From NCBI GenBank assembly GCA_028704015.1, contig JAQVLT010000005.1:10820-74819 (forward strand): a stretch of 64,000 nt of DNA, written 5' to 3'. How positions within the stretch are numbered: the stretch's first letter is position 1; each line of letters begins with the position of its first letter. The position numbers were made by a program, and so were the translations under genes. Source of the stretch: Patescibacteria group bacterium. Lineage in GTDB: Bacteria; Patescibacteriota; Patescibacteriia; Patescibacteriales; JAQVLT01. The notes under the pieces were generated by a model. The model was not told the origin of the DNA. It ran no database searches and saw only the letters and a program-made list of their open reading frames with translations. Positions 28,952 to 36,900 of this stretch are shown one piece after another.

Positions 28952-29956
28952 TTAATTTATTTCAATATCAATGTATTTTATCTCCATATAACGCTGTTTT
29001 AATTTATTTTCAATTTCATCAATTTTTCTGCCAACAACGCGCGGCACGCGGTCGGCGTATTCCACGCAAAATTTTTTAAATTCTTCATAATCGTTATTGA
29101 CTTCTTCGTATTTGTCTTTCAAATCGGATTTGCGGAATATTTCTTTGAGCAAGGCGATGCCGTTAAATTCTATTTCGCATTTTATCCGATAAATCCCGAC
29201 GTCCAAAGTAGCTGATTTGAAATCCAAAACTCTTTCAATCGCCGGATCAGCTTCTAACATCTTAACTATTTCTTCCTGCAAATCCGGCGGGATAGAACGT
29301 CCGATCAGAAAAGATCGATTTTTAATAATCAAAATAATGGCCACTACTCCCAAGAGTGTACCGATGGTTATTGAACCAATCGCGTCCCAATAATGTTTGC
29401 CCGTTAGCGTGGTCAAAACAATGCTTAAAAAAGCGATCGATACGCCCAAAACCGCCACGCTGTCTTCATACAACACCGCCAAAGTTGAAGGATCACCGTT
29501 TTTTAATAAAGAAACAAGTGATTCTTTCGGCTGTTTTTTTCTCAGTTCTCGGTATGCTAAATAAAACGTGAAAAATTCAATCGCGAAAGAAACGGCAAGA
29601 ACAACTAAAATAATCGGATTGTATTCAAAAGTCTGCCCGTGGATCAGGGTGGAAATGCCGCGATAAATGGTTGCGCCCGCGCCGATAAAAAAGATTCCAC
29701 ACGCGGAAATCAGCGCCCAAAAAAATCTTTCCCGTCCGTAGCCGTAAATATATTCTTCATCCGGCTTCTTGGTTGATTTTTTTAGTCCCACCAACAAAAG
29801 CGATTGGTTAGACGTATCGGCAAAACTGTGAATCGCCTCGGAAAACATTACGCTGGAACCGGAAACGAAAAAAGCGATAAATTTGATTAAAGTTATAAAG
29901 CCGTTTCCGGCCAAAGCCGCAACTACCGGCCAAAAACCATGTATTTTCTTTTTCAT
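28952..29956 (-). CDS. cation diffusion facilitator (CDF) family transporter
   Basis: Six TM helices with HSFADT in TM2 and a C-terminal cytoplasmic domain. 334 aa. Confidence 0.8.
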   Translation of the reverse strand: MKKKIHGFWPVVAALAGNGFITLIKFIAFFVSGSSVMFSEAIHSFADTSNQSLLLVGLKKSTKKPDEEYIYGYGRERFFWALISACGIFFIGAGATIYRGISTLIHGQTFEYNPIILVVLAVSFAIEFFTFYLAYRELRKKQPKESLVSLLKNGDPSTLAVLYEDSVAVLGVSIAFLSIVLTTLTGKHYWDAIGSITIGTLLGVVAIILIIKNRSFLIGRSIPPDLQEEIVKMLEADPAIERVLDFKSATLDVGIYRIKCEIEFNGIALLKEIFRKSDLKDKYEEVNNDYEEFKKFCVEYADRVPRVVGRKIDEIENKLKQRYMEIKYIDIEIN

Positions 29957-29962
29957 ATTTTT

Positions 29963-30646
29963 TTATTTTAAACCTCGGACCTCCAGCCAAAATGTTTTAA
30001 AGAAATTAACCATAAAATCATGGCGCGCCTCTGCTAATTTTTTTCCGGTCTGGGTTAACATTTTATTTTTTATTTTTTTAAGCTTGATTTCGTATTCCAA
30101 AATTCCGGTGTCATCTTTTAAATAAGAATGATCTTTGCCGGATCGCGCGATAGCCAATTCATTGCCGGTGTAGAGAGCATGCCCTAAATAACCGGCAAAC
30201 AAAAAATCGCGGGCAATGCCCACCGCGCCGATGGAATCAAGTTTGTCCGCGTCGTACAAAACTTTGGCTTCAATCGTTTCGGGAAGATGATCGTTGCGGA
30301 AGCGATGGGAGATAATGCAGTGCAAAATATTATCAATCGCTGATTTTTCCAAATCATATTTTTCTAAAATTTTCTTGGCTAAATCCGCGCCTTTTTCCGC
30401 GTGGCAAAATCTACCGCGGCTTTTCATCTCTTCTTTGCGTCCGATGTCATGTAGAAAAGCGGCGATGGCCAAAATCGGCAAATCGGCTTTCTCTTCCCTG
30501 CCGATATGCCGCGCCAAATTATAAACTCGCTCCACGTGTTTCCAATCATGGCAACCGCTCGCGCCTTGAAAATATTTTTTGGCTTCATTTTCAATTTGAG
30601 AAATAATTTGCTTGGAGATTTTTATCTTAGATTGAACATTCAGCAT
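29963..30646 (-). CDS. HD-domain phosphohydrolase
   Basis: H...HD motif (AAFLHDIGR), with downstream H and D residues (ISHRF, YDADKLD). Confidence 0.8.
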   Translation of the reverse strand: MLNVQSKIKISKQIISQIENEAKKYFQGASGCHDWKHVERVYNLARHIGREEKADLPILAIAAFLHDIGRKEEMKSRGRFCHAEKGADLAKKILEKYDLEKSAIDNILHCIISHRFRNDHLPETIEAKVLYDADKLDSIGAVGIARDFLFAGYLGHALYTGNELAIARSGKDHSYLKDDTGILEYEIKLKKIKNKMLTQTGKKLAEARHDFMVNFFKTFWLEVRGLK

Positions 30647-30712
30647 ATTAAGTATTGCAAGGGTATTATTAGAACTTTCCGTGGTGCTTCATTAGGTACT
30701 CTGGCTAAAAAC

Positions 30713-31162
30713 TTAAATGACCTTTTTTACGCTAATAAGACCGTTCGCGTCTATCACAATTTCAAACGCAACTCTCTTTAAAGTAATCGGCGTATCTGAA
30801 AATATTGAATTAAGAAACCTATTAAATTCACTTATTTTATAACTACCGGACCAATTGGGAAGACCGAACTCTCTAGAAAACTCCACTAACTGGTTATGAA
30901 AATCAATAAAATTAATTATAGAATTTGAATATTCCCCGTTATCAACCCTTATAAACATATCTTCAATTATTTTGGGGCACCTCTCTATTTCTGAATGTAA
31001 AGCAAGATTACAGTAAAAATTTAATATGCTATATTTTTCAGGATGGCCTTGCATTTCTAAGACTTTTCTAATTCTAGACAATGCATACACAATATCCTCC
31101 TCTGAAGATGGAGCTATTCCAAATTTTTTCGATAGTTTTTCTAAAATTTGCGTTTTGCCCAT
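30713..31162 (-). CDS. hypothetical protein
   Basis: ORF 30713..31291 trimmed to the ATG at 31162 (MGKTQILEKL...), because the upstream part is the tRNA-Ser gene read as protein. Confidence 0.5.
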   Translation of the reverse strand: MGKTQILEKLSKKFGIAPSSEEDIVYALSRIRKVLEMQGHPEKYSILNFYCNLALHSEIERCPKIIEDMFIRVDNGEYSNSIINFIDFHNQLVEFSREFGLPNWSGSYKISEFNRFLNSIFSDTPITLKRVAFEIVIDANGLISVKKVI

Positions 31163-31199
31163 ATTTAGATAATCGAATTGATTTCGATAAAAATTGTCT

Positions 31200-31289
31200 T
31201 GGCGGAGAGTGAGGGATTCGAACCCTCGAGGACCTTTCGACCCAACAGACTTTCCAGGCCTGCGCCATAAACCGCTAGGCGAACTCTCC
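31200..31289 (-). tRNA. tRNA-Ser (anticodon GGA), class II with long variable arm, CCA encoded
   Basis: Hand fold of GGAGAGTTCGCCTAGCGGTTTATGGCGCAGGCCTGGAAAGTCTGTTGGGTCGAAAGGTCCTCGAGGGTTCGAATCCCTCACTCTCCGCCA. It has a 7-bp acceptor stem, anticodon loop CU-GGA-AA, an 18-nt variable arm, T-arm GAGGG/TTCGAAT/CCCTC and discriminator G. Confidence 0.85.
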
Positions 31290-31301
31290 ATTAATTCCGT
31301 T

Positions 31302-31338
31302 CCCCTCTCCTTTTAAAGGAGAGGGCTAGGGTGAGGTT
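31302..31338. repeat. purine/pyrimidine hairpin element (CCCTCTCC-TTTTAAA-GGAGAGGG plus GCTAGGGTGAGGTT tail)
   Basis: Read directly. Same family as the element inside ligA at 36225..36280. It lies between tRNA-Ser and the DUF559 cassette. Confidence 0.7.
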
Positions 31339-31340
31339 TT

Positions 31341-31819
31341 AGTTTTTACCTCCTACTTAAAAATGAGGAGGGACTAAAACACCACGAGATAAAGTTTTTA
31401 ATTGGTCACAATATTCAATAATATCCCCGACAACCAAATCTTGATTTTTGTAAACCTCACAATTTGAGTAACGCTTAAGCGCTACTCCGATACTTTTTAT
31501 ATACTCTTCTTTTTCTTTATCATTTTTTAATTCTTTATCGCTACTATGAGTCGCTCCATCAATTTCAATCGCTAATTTTACTTCCGGGCAATAAAAATCA
31601 ACTATATAACCGCCAATTCCATATTGCCGACGAAATTTATATCCAAAATTTCTATTTCGCAATTTCCGCCATAATAATTTTTCCGCGCCAATTTCTTGCT
31701 TTCTTAAAAAACGTCTGATATTTTTCTGATCTGTTTTATTAAATATTTTTCCCATATTTTTCGAAATGGGAGTTTAATTTTACCTCCTCCTGACCTCCTC
31801 CTTAAAAAGGAGGAGGGAC
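31341..31819 (-). mobile_element. putative DUF559 endonuclease cassette bounded by direct copies of a hairpin repeat
   Basis: AGTTTTTACCTCCTACTTAAAAATGAGGAGGGAC (31341..31374) and AGTTTAATTTTACCTCCTCC[TGACCTCCTCC]TTAAAAAGGAGGAGGGAC (31771..31819) flank the ORF. Each copy is itself a CCTCCT/AGGAGG hairpin. A tRNA gene is adjacent. Confidence 0.4.
31357..31755 (-). CDS. DUF559 (Vsr-like) endonuclease domain protein
   Basis: LLWRKLRNRNFGYKFRRQYGIGGYIVDFYCPEVKLAIEIDGATH is the classic DUF559 core. The last residues (VPPHF*) and the stop codon are encoded by the flanking hairpin. Confidence 0.85.
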   Translation of the reverse strand: MGKIFNKTDQKNIRRFLRKQEIGAEKLLWRKLRNRNFGYKFRRQYGIGGYIVDFYCPEVKLAIEIDGATHSSDKELKNDKEKEEYIKSIGVALKRYSNCEVYKNQDLVVGDIIEYCDQLKTLSRGVLVPPHF

Positions 31820-31839
31820 GAATGGCGCTCCTTTATTTT

Positions 31840-32574
31840 CTATTTTGCCAATTCTCTTTCAATTACACTCTTTAATCCTTCTCTTGCCACACCATCGCTG
31901 CCGGTAAAATCTTCATAAGGATAAGCGCCAGGAAGAATTTCGTCGTTAACAAAAATCGTCGGCGTACCATTAACGCCGAAGTTTTTTCCTTCAAGCATTT
32001 GGCTGTAAATTTTATCTTTATACTTTTCTGTTTCCACACATTGCTGAAATTTCGCCAAGTCCAAACCAATATCTTTGGCATTTTGATTATATTGCTCGCT
32101 ATTTAAAATGGCTGATTTGTTATCAGCAAACAATTTGTCATACATCTCCCAAAATTTCTCCTGCTCACTTGCACATTCCGAAGCGATTGCCGCCCCCATG
32201 GCATTTGAGTGGGAATATAAAAAATAATGGCGGAAGGCGATCTTAATTTTATCGGCGTATTCTTTTTTTACTTTTTCCAATGTGCCATAAAAATCCGCGC
32301 AAAACGGACAATCAAAATCGCTATAAACAATAATTTCTACCGGCGCGCTCGCTTCTCCCCAAACATGATCAGTGTCGTCAATCGGCCTTAACTTTTGCAA
32401 CCCCGCGCTCTGCGCTCCGAAGACCGCTTCTTGGTTGGAATTTTTTAAAGTAGAAATTTCATTAATCGCTTTTTCGTCCGGCAATTTTCCTTTGCCAAAA
32501 TAAAAAACAGCCGCAACGGTGATTAAGGCTAAAATAAATATCACGATAATAATTTTTAAAAAATTTTTGTTCAT
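31840..32574 (-). CDS. DsbA-family thiol:disulfide oxidoreductase, membrane-anchored
   Basis: N-terminal TM helix (MNKNFLKIIIVIFILALITVAAVFYF), CxxC active site DFDCPFCADF and the thioredoxin-fold tail GTPTIFVN. Start trimmed to 32574 to remove the overlap with gatA. Confidence 0.8.
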   Translation of the reverse strand: MNKNFLKIIIVIFILALITVAAVFYFGKGKLPDEKAINEISTLKNSNQEAVFGAQSAGLQKLRPIDDTDHVWGEASAPVEIIVYSDFDCPFCADFYGTLEKVKKEYADKIKIAFRHYFLYSHSNAMGAAIASECASEQEKFWEMYDKLFADNKSAILNSEQYNQNAKDIGLDLAKFQQCVETEKYKDKIYSQMLEGKNFGVNGTPTIFVNDEILPGAYPYEDFTGSDGVAREGLKSVIERELAK

Positions 32575-32578
32575 AAAT

Positions 32579-34045
32579 TTATATTGATGGTTTTTGGTTA
32601 TGCCATTCTGTCGCTTCTTGATAATTATGTCCGATCCTGAGAAGCATTCCTTCGTTAAATCTCTTGCCAATCAACTGAAAACCGACTGGCAGGCCTTCGG
32701 AAAATCCGCAAGGCACTGATATTGCCGGCAAGCCGGCCAGCGAAGGACCAGTGACAAAAATATCTTCCAAATACATCTGCAACGGATCACTATTTTTTTC
32801 GCCGATTTTAAAAGCAACTGTCGGTTGAGTCGGCGTAATTATCGCGTCAACTTTTTCTAATTCAAAATCCAATTCCTCTTTTATTTTCGTTCTGACTTTC
32901 TGCGCTTTAAGATAATAGGCGTCATAATATCCGGCGCTTAATACATAAGTGCCAAGCATTATTCTTCTCTTCGCTTCCGACCCAAAACCTTCGCCGCGAC
33001 TTTTGGTATATACTTCCGTTATACTCTTAACTTGATCTGATGATAGGCCATAGCGAATGCCGTCAAAGCGCGCTAAATTTGAACTGACTTCTGACGGCGT
33101 AATAATATAATAAACCGGAATACCGTATTTGGCATAAGGCAATTTCACCGGCACAATTTCCGCGCCCAGTTCTTTTAATTTATCAACCGCTTTTAATAAT
33201 ACTTCTTTAAAATTTTTATCAGTCACCTGATCAAAATATTCTAGAACCATGCCAAGTTTCAATCCCTTAATATTCTTTCTGAATTCTTCGCTATATTCCG
33301 GCACTTCTACTTCCGGCGTGGTGGCATCATGTTTGTCATGGCCAGCAATAATTTTTAAAACAATACTTGCATCCTCTACGGTCTTGGTGATCGGCCCGGG
33401 TACATCAGTTGATGAAGTCATAGCCAAAAGACCAAAGCGCGAAGAACGGCCATACGTTGGCTTTAATCCGGTAACTCCACAAAAAGAAGAAGGACAGCGA
33501 ATTGATCCACCCGTGTCAGTCCCTAATGCAAACAAACAAATATTTGCCGCTACTGCCGCCGCTGAACCGCCGGAAGAACCGCCAGGCACTCGTTCCAAAT
33601 CCCATGGGTTATGTGTCGAACCGAAAGCGCTATTTTCCGTGGACGCGCCATGCGCGAATTCATCCAGATTGGTTTTACCCAAAAGCACCGCGCCGGCATC
33701 ACGCAATTTTTTTATCACCGTGGCGTCAAATGGCGCAATATAATTTTCAAGAATTTTGGAAGCAGCCGTTGTCCGCACGCCGCGTGTCAAAATATTATCT
33801 TTGGCTAAATATGGAATTCCCAGTAAGGGCAAACTAATCGCTTCCGCGCCTAATTTTTTTCGTCTTTTATCCGCCTCTTTCGCTTCCGCCAATGCTTCAT
33901 CTGCGCACACGGTTAAGCAGGCCTTGATTTTATCATCAACTTCTTTAATGCGCGCCAAGCAAGCCTTGGTTAAATCAACCGAAGTTATCTCGCCATTCGC
34001 CAATTTCTCTTGCGCTTGTTTGATTGTTAATCGATTGAGATTCAT
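32579..34045 (-). CDS. gatA: Asp/Glu-tRNA(Asn/Gln) amidotransferase subunit A
   Basis: Amidase signature GGSSGGSAAAVAA and GTDTGGSIRCPSSFCG. Start set at MNLNRLTIKQ (34045). Confidence 0.95.
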   Translation of the reverse strand: MNLNRLTIKQAQEKLANGEITSVDLTKACLARIKEVDDKIKACLTVCADEALAEAKEADKRRKKLGAEAISLPLLGIPYLAKDNILTRGVRTTAASKILENYIAPFDATVIKKLRDAGAVLLGKTNLDEFAHGASTENSAFGSTHNPWDLERVPGGSSGGSAAAVAANICLFALGTDTGGSIRCPSSFCGVTGLKPTYGRSSRFGLLAMTSSTDVPGPITKTVEDASIVLKIIAGHDKHDATTPEVEVPEYSEEFRKNIKGLKLGMVLEYFDQVTDKNFKEVLLKAVDKLKELGAEIVPVKLPYAKYGIPVYYIITPSEVSSNLARFDGIRYGLSSDQVKSITEVYTKSRGEGFGSEAKRRIMLGTYVLSAGYYDAYYLKAQKVRTKIKEELDFELEKVDAIITPTQPTVAFKIGEKNSDPLQMYLEDIFVTGPSLAGLPAISVPCGFSEGLPVGFQLIGKRFNEGMLLRIGHNYQEATEWHNQKPSI

Positions 34046-34076
34046 AAATCTTAAATCAAAAATCTTAAATCTAAAA

Positions 34077-34370
34077 TTATTCAAGTACTCTCTTAACTTT
34101 ATACTGCCCATTTTCAAAATCAGGCGCTTGGTTTAAAGCGTCTTCTACTTCTTTTTTATTCCATTCACCAATCTCATCAGAACGAAAAACATTTTTGAGC
34201 CCTGTCACCTGCGCTGTCGGCTCGGTATCGGTTACATCAACTTCTTTTAGCTGATCAATATAACTTAAAACATTGGACAGTTGGCTGCCGTATTTTTCTA
34301 ACTCTTCTTCAGTTAAATCCAGACGAGCTAAATTGGCAATATGTTGTATTTCTTCTTTGGACAACTGCAT
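34077..34370 (-). CDS. gatC: Asp/Glu-tRNA(Asn/Gln) amidotransferase subunit C
   Basis: 97 aa with IQHIANLARLDLTEEELEKYGSQLSNVLSYIDQL, directly upstream of gatA. Confidence 0.9.
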   Translation of the reverse strand: MQLSKEEIQHIANLARLDLTEEELEKYGSQLSNVLSYIDQLKEVDVTDTEPTAQVTGLKNVFRSDEIGEWNKKEVEDALNQAPDFENGQYKVKRVLE

Positions 34371-34435
34371 AAACTAATTTTTAATAACAAATTTTTAAAA
34401 TTAAGATATTAAGTTATTATTTAAAAATTAAAATT

Positions 34436-36586
34436 CTAACCCCTAATTATACTTAGGAACGCTTTCTCGTCAACCACCTTCACTCCCAACTTTACCGCCT
34501 TGTCATACTTGCTTCCCGGATCAGCGCCGGCGACAACGTAGTCAGTATTTTGGCTAACTGATGAGGAAACATCGCCTCCTAATTCTCTTATCTTAGCTTT
34601 TGCCTCATCTCTTGTCAAACTCTCCAAAGCGCCGGTTAGCACGAAAGTTTTGCCAGTAAAATTTTGACTTTTAACTTTTAATTTTTGACTTTCAATAACC
34701 ACTCCAGCCTTTTCTAATTTTTCCAAGAGCTCAATATTATGCTTATCGCGAAACCAATCATAAATACTTTGCGCTACGATTGGACCAACATCTTCCAATT
34801 TTTCCAAATCTTCTAAACTTAAACTTTGATAATATTTTGAAACTTCTGAAATGGTAAGCACTGATTTATTTGTAAATTTATGCGCTATTTGTGAATTTGT
34901 AATCTGCGCTGCCAAAAGTAAAGCACTCTCTTCCCCGACATGTCTGATCCCCAAGGCGTATAAAAATCTAGATAGAACAACCACCTTGCGTTCGGCAATC
35001 GCTTTGACCAAATTCTCAGCAGATTTTTCGGCAAACCTTTCTAGCGGTTCTAGATCTCCGACTGTTAAATTGTAAAAATCGCTCGCGTCGCGCACCAATC
35101 CTTCTTTCATCAATTGCTCAATAATTTTCGGACCTAAGCCTTCAATATCCATTGCACTTTTACTCGCCCAGTGCATCAACCGACGCAAATTAACCGCATA
35201 ACAATTTTTGTTCTCACAACGATAAGCCACCTCGCCCTTCACTCTTTCAATTTCACCATCGCACATGGGACATTTTTTTGGCACGTGGATTTCCTTTTCT
35301 TTGCCGGTACGCAATTTGGGTAAATTTTTTATAATTTTGGGAATCACATCACCGGCGCGCTCAATAATCACCGTGTCGCCAATTTTTACACCCAATCTTT
35401 TTATTTCATCCATATTATGAAGCGTAGCGCGTGAAATTGTTACTCCGGCAACATGCACTGGCTCTAACATAGCGGTGGGCGTTAAAGTTCCAGTTCGTCC
35501 GACCTGCCAGACAACATCGTTTAAGATTGTCGTCGCTTGAACAGCAGCAAATTTATAAGCCATCATGTAGCGCGGTCCTTTGCCAACCACGCCGAGAACC
35601 GGCCAAAGCGCCAAATTATTCACCTTAACGACTACGCCGTCTATTTCAAAAGGTAATTTTTCCCGCTTAGCTTCGCAATGTTTATAAAACGAAAAAACTT
35701 CATCCAAATCACGGCAAAATTTCACGTCTTTCAAGGTCTTAAAACCGAGAAGATGCGCCAATTGAATTTCCTGCTCATGAGTTTCCATTCCTAAATCGGT
35801 TGCCAAGGCATAAACATAAAAATCCAATTTTCTTTCGGCTGACAATTTTGGATCAAGCTGGCGGATTGAACCGGCAGCGCCATTTCGGGTATTAGCGAGT
35901 AGCGGCCGGCCTTCTTTTTTGTATTTTTTGTTAAGCTCTTCAAAAACTTTTTTGGTCATAATGGCTTCACCGCGATATTCAATCACGCCGTTTTCTATGC
36001 TGGCTAAAACTTTTTTGATTACTGCCGCGGCCAAACCGATTTTTTTAAGTTCGCTCTCGGTTGGCAGGCGCAAAGCTAGCGGTATGCTTTCAATGGTTTT
36101 TAAATTATTTGTCACATCTTCGCCCACTCGCCCATCACCGCGCGTTGAACCTTGTTGGAATGCTCCTTTTTCATATTTTAAATTCATCGCCAAGCCATCC
36201 AACTTTAATTCGCAGAAGTAGCCAACCTCACCCCCCGCTCCCCCTCTCCTAATTAGGAGAGGGGGCTGGGAGGAGAGGTTCTTAATAACTCTTTCTTCCC
36301 AATCACGCATATCTTCTTCGGAAAAAGCGTCAAACAAAGAATGCATTACAGAAGAGTGTTCAACTTTTTTGAACTTATCTAAAGGTTCGCCGCCGATTCT
36401 CTGGGTCGGCGAGTCGGGCGTGATAAATTCCGGATATTCCATCTCCAGTTTAAACAATTCATTTTTCAAGCTATCCAAAGCCGCATCAGAAATTTCCGAT
36501 TTGTCCAAAACATGATACAAATACCTGTAACGGTTAATTTCTTCACGTAATTTTTCAATTCTTTTTTTAATCTCTATTTTATTCAT
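34436..36586 (-). CDS. ligA: NAD-dependent DNA ligase LigA (with in-frame hairpin-element insertion)
   Basis: Adenylation motif CELKLDG, OB fold, Zn finger (CPMCDGEIERVKGEVAYRCENKNC), HhH repeats and a C-terminal BRCT (GKTFVLTG). Confidence 0.95.
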   Translation of the reverse strand: MNKIEIKKRIEKLREEINRYRYLYHVLDKSEISDAALDSLKNELFKLEMEYPEFITPDSPTQRIGGEPLDKFKKVEHSSVMHSLFDAFSEEDMRDWEERVIKNLSSQPPLLIRRGGAGGEVGYFCELKLDGLAMNLKYEKGAFQQGSTRGDGRVGEDVTNNLKTIESIPLALRLPTESELKKIGLAAAVIKKVLASIENGVIEYRGEAIMTKKVFEELNKKYKKEGRPLLANTRNGAAGSIRQLDPKLSAERKLDFYVYALATDLGMETHEQEIQLAHLLGFKTLKDVKFCRDLDEVFSFYKHCEAKREKLPFEIDGVVVKVNNLALWPVLGVVGKGPRYMMAYKFAAVQATTILNDVVWQVGRTGTLTPTAMLEPVHVAGVTISRATLHNMDEIKRLGVKIGDTVIIERAGDVIPKIIKNLPKLRTGKEKEIHVPKKCPMCDGEIERVKGEVAYRCENKNCYAVNLRRLMHWASKSAMDIEGLGPKIIEQLMKEGLVRDASDFYNLTVGDLEPLERFAEKSAENLVKAIAERKVVVLSRFLYALGIRHVGEESALLLAAQITNSQIAHKFTNKSVLTISEVSKYYQSLSLEDLEKLEDVGPIVAQSIYDWFRDKHNIELLEKLEKAGVVIESQKLKVKSQNFTGKTFVLTGALESLTRDEAKAKIRELGGDVSSSVSQNTDYVVAGADPGSKYDKAVKLGVKVVDEKAFLSIIRG
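36225..36280. repeat. purine/pyrimidine hairpin element inside the ligA coding sequence
   Basis: AACCTCACCCCCCGCT-CCCCCTCTCC-TAATTA-GGAGAGGGGG-CTGGGAGGAGAGGTT. It translates in frame as NLSSQPPLLIRRGGAGGEVG just before the KxDG motif. Confidence 0.75.
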
Positions 36587-36622
36587 ATTACTATTCTGTT
36601 TTTTATTTCGTGCTATTCATAA

Positions 36623-36862
36623 TTAATCTTGAATATAGATTCCAAGATTTCCAATATTTATAAAGTCATAAACTTTTCCACCATTACCGGAACTTCCAGC
36701 ACCAATTAGTATATCTTAATTGCCATTTCTCTCCAAATCCGCAAAAGACGAGCTAACCACGCAACCGTTTACTATTGGAGGAATACTAACTGCTTTAGTA
36801 TAAAAAACATAGACATTATTCAGGCGTGTTGTAATTGTCGCAACTCCAGCTGCGACCATCAT
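36623..36862 (-). pseudogene. small interrupted ORF downstream of the GLUG protein gene
   Basis: Hand translation: MMVAAGVATITTRLNNVYVFYTKAVSIPPIVNGCVVSSSFADLERNGN*DILIGAGSSGNGGKVYDFINIGNLGIYIQD*, with an in-frame TAA at 36716..36718. Confidence 0.2.
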
Positions 36863-36900
36863 CGCCGCAAAATTCCATCAGCTCAATTCGGCTTGCAAGT

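Noticed and set aside
31163-31291. N-terminal extension of ORF 30713..31291 (MESSPSGLWRRPGKSVGSKGPRGFESLTLRQ...)
   Set aside because: This stretch is the tRNA-Ser gene read as protein. The CDS was trimmed to the ATG at 31162.
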